From contig JAIRMX010000079.1 of the NCBI GenBank assembly GCA_031258375.1, positions 1 through 26,579 of the forward strand: a stretch of DNA of 26,579 bases, read 5' to 3'. The notes below the pieces were generated by a model. The model was not told the origin of the DNA. It ran no database searches and was given only the letters and a program-made list of their open reading frames with translations. The DNA comes from Elusimicrobiota bacterium. Its GTDB lineage: Bacteria; Elusimicrobiota; Elusimicrobia; Elusimicrobiales; Elusimicrobiaceae. Both the position numbers and the translations under genes were made by a program. This document shows, one piece after another, positions 26,578-26,579 of the stretch; within the stretch, counting starts at the first letter, position 1, and each line of letters opens with the position of its first letter.

Positions 26578-26579
26578 GG
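26571..26579 (-). repeat. Homopolymer tract (at least 9 C on the coding strand) in the pilin leader peptide
   Basis: GGGGGGGGG on the + strand, running to the window end, in frame upstream of the GFTL cleavage motif. Confidence 0.6.

Noticed and set aside
1-26579. CRISPR array, tRNA, rRNA, integrase or prophage genes
   Set aside because: No regularly spaced repeats, cloverleaf or rRNA-like segments, and no recombinase or phage ORFs found.

Overview
AT-rich bacterial chromosome segment, most consistent with Elusimicrobiota (inference from three short class III-signal pilin-like genes with the GFTLIE(L/M)L..VLIIGILAAIALPQY N-terminus plus diderm envelope genes). Housekeeping genes: dnaX-recR, mfd, lepB, deoC, a DUF1646-mgtC-DegT-family aminotransferase operon, hrcA-grpE-dnaK with two CIRCE-like operators, and dipeptidyl peptidase III. 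Accessory content: three pilin-like genes, an outer-membrane beta-barrel, a GT9 glycosyltransferase, an Abi-alpha/DUF4393-like gene, an internally deleted IS200/IS605 tnpA, and REP-like palindromes. The main observation is a family of about 200-nt structured 5' leaders, present five times (3 full, 1 variant, 1 truncated). Each intact copy lies in sense orientation directly upstream of a cell-surface gene, ends in an intrinsic-terminator-like hairpin before the start codon, and shows compensatory base changes, GNRA/UUCG loops and a covarying long-range pairing. It is a candidate undescribed riboswitch or attenuator for envelope genes. Also notable: a 2.8-kb segment bounded by duplicated dnaK 3' ends, a poly-C tract in a pilin leader peptide at the window edge, and a possible dnaX -1 frameshift site. 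No tRNA, rRNA or CRISPR array was seen. All structures were derived by eye, without computation.
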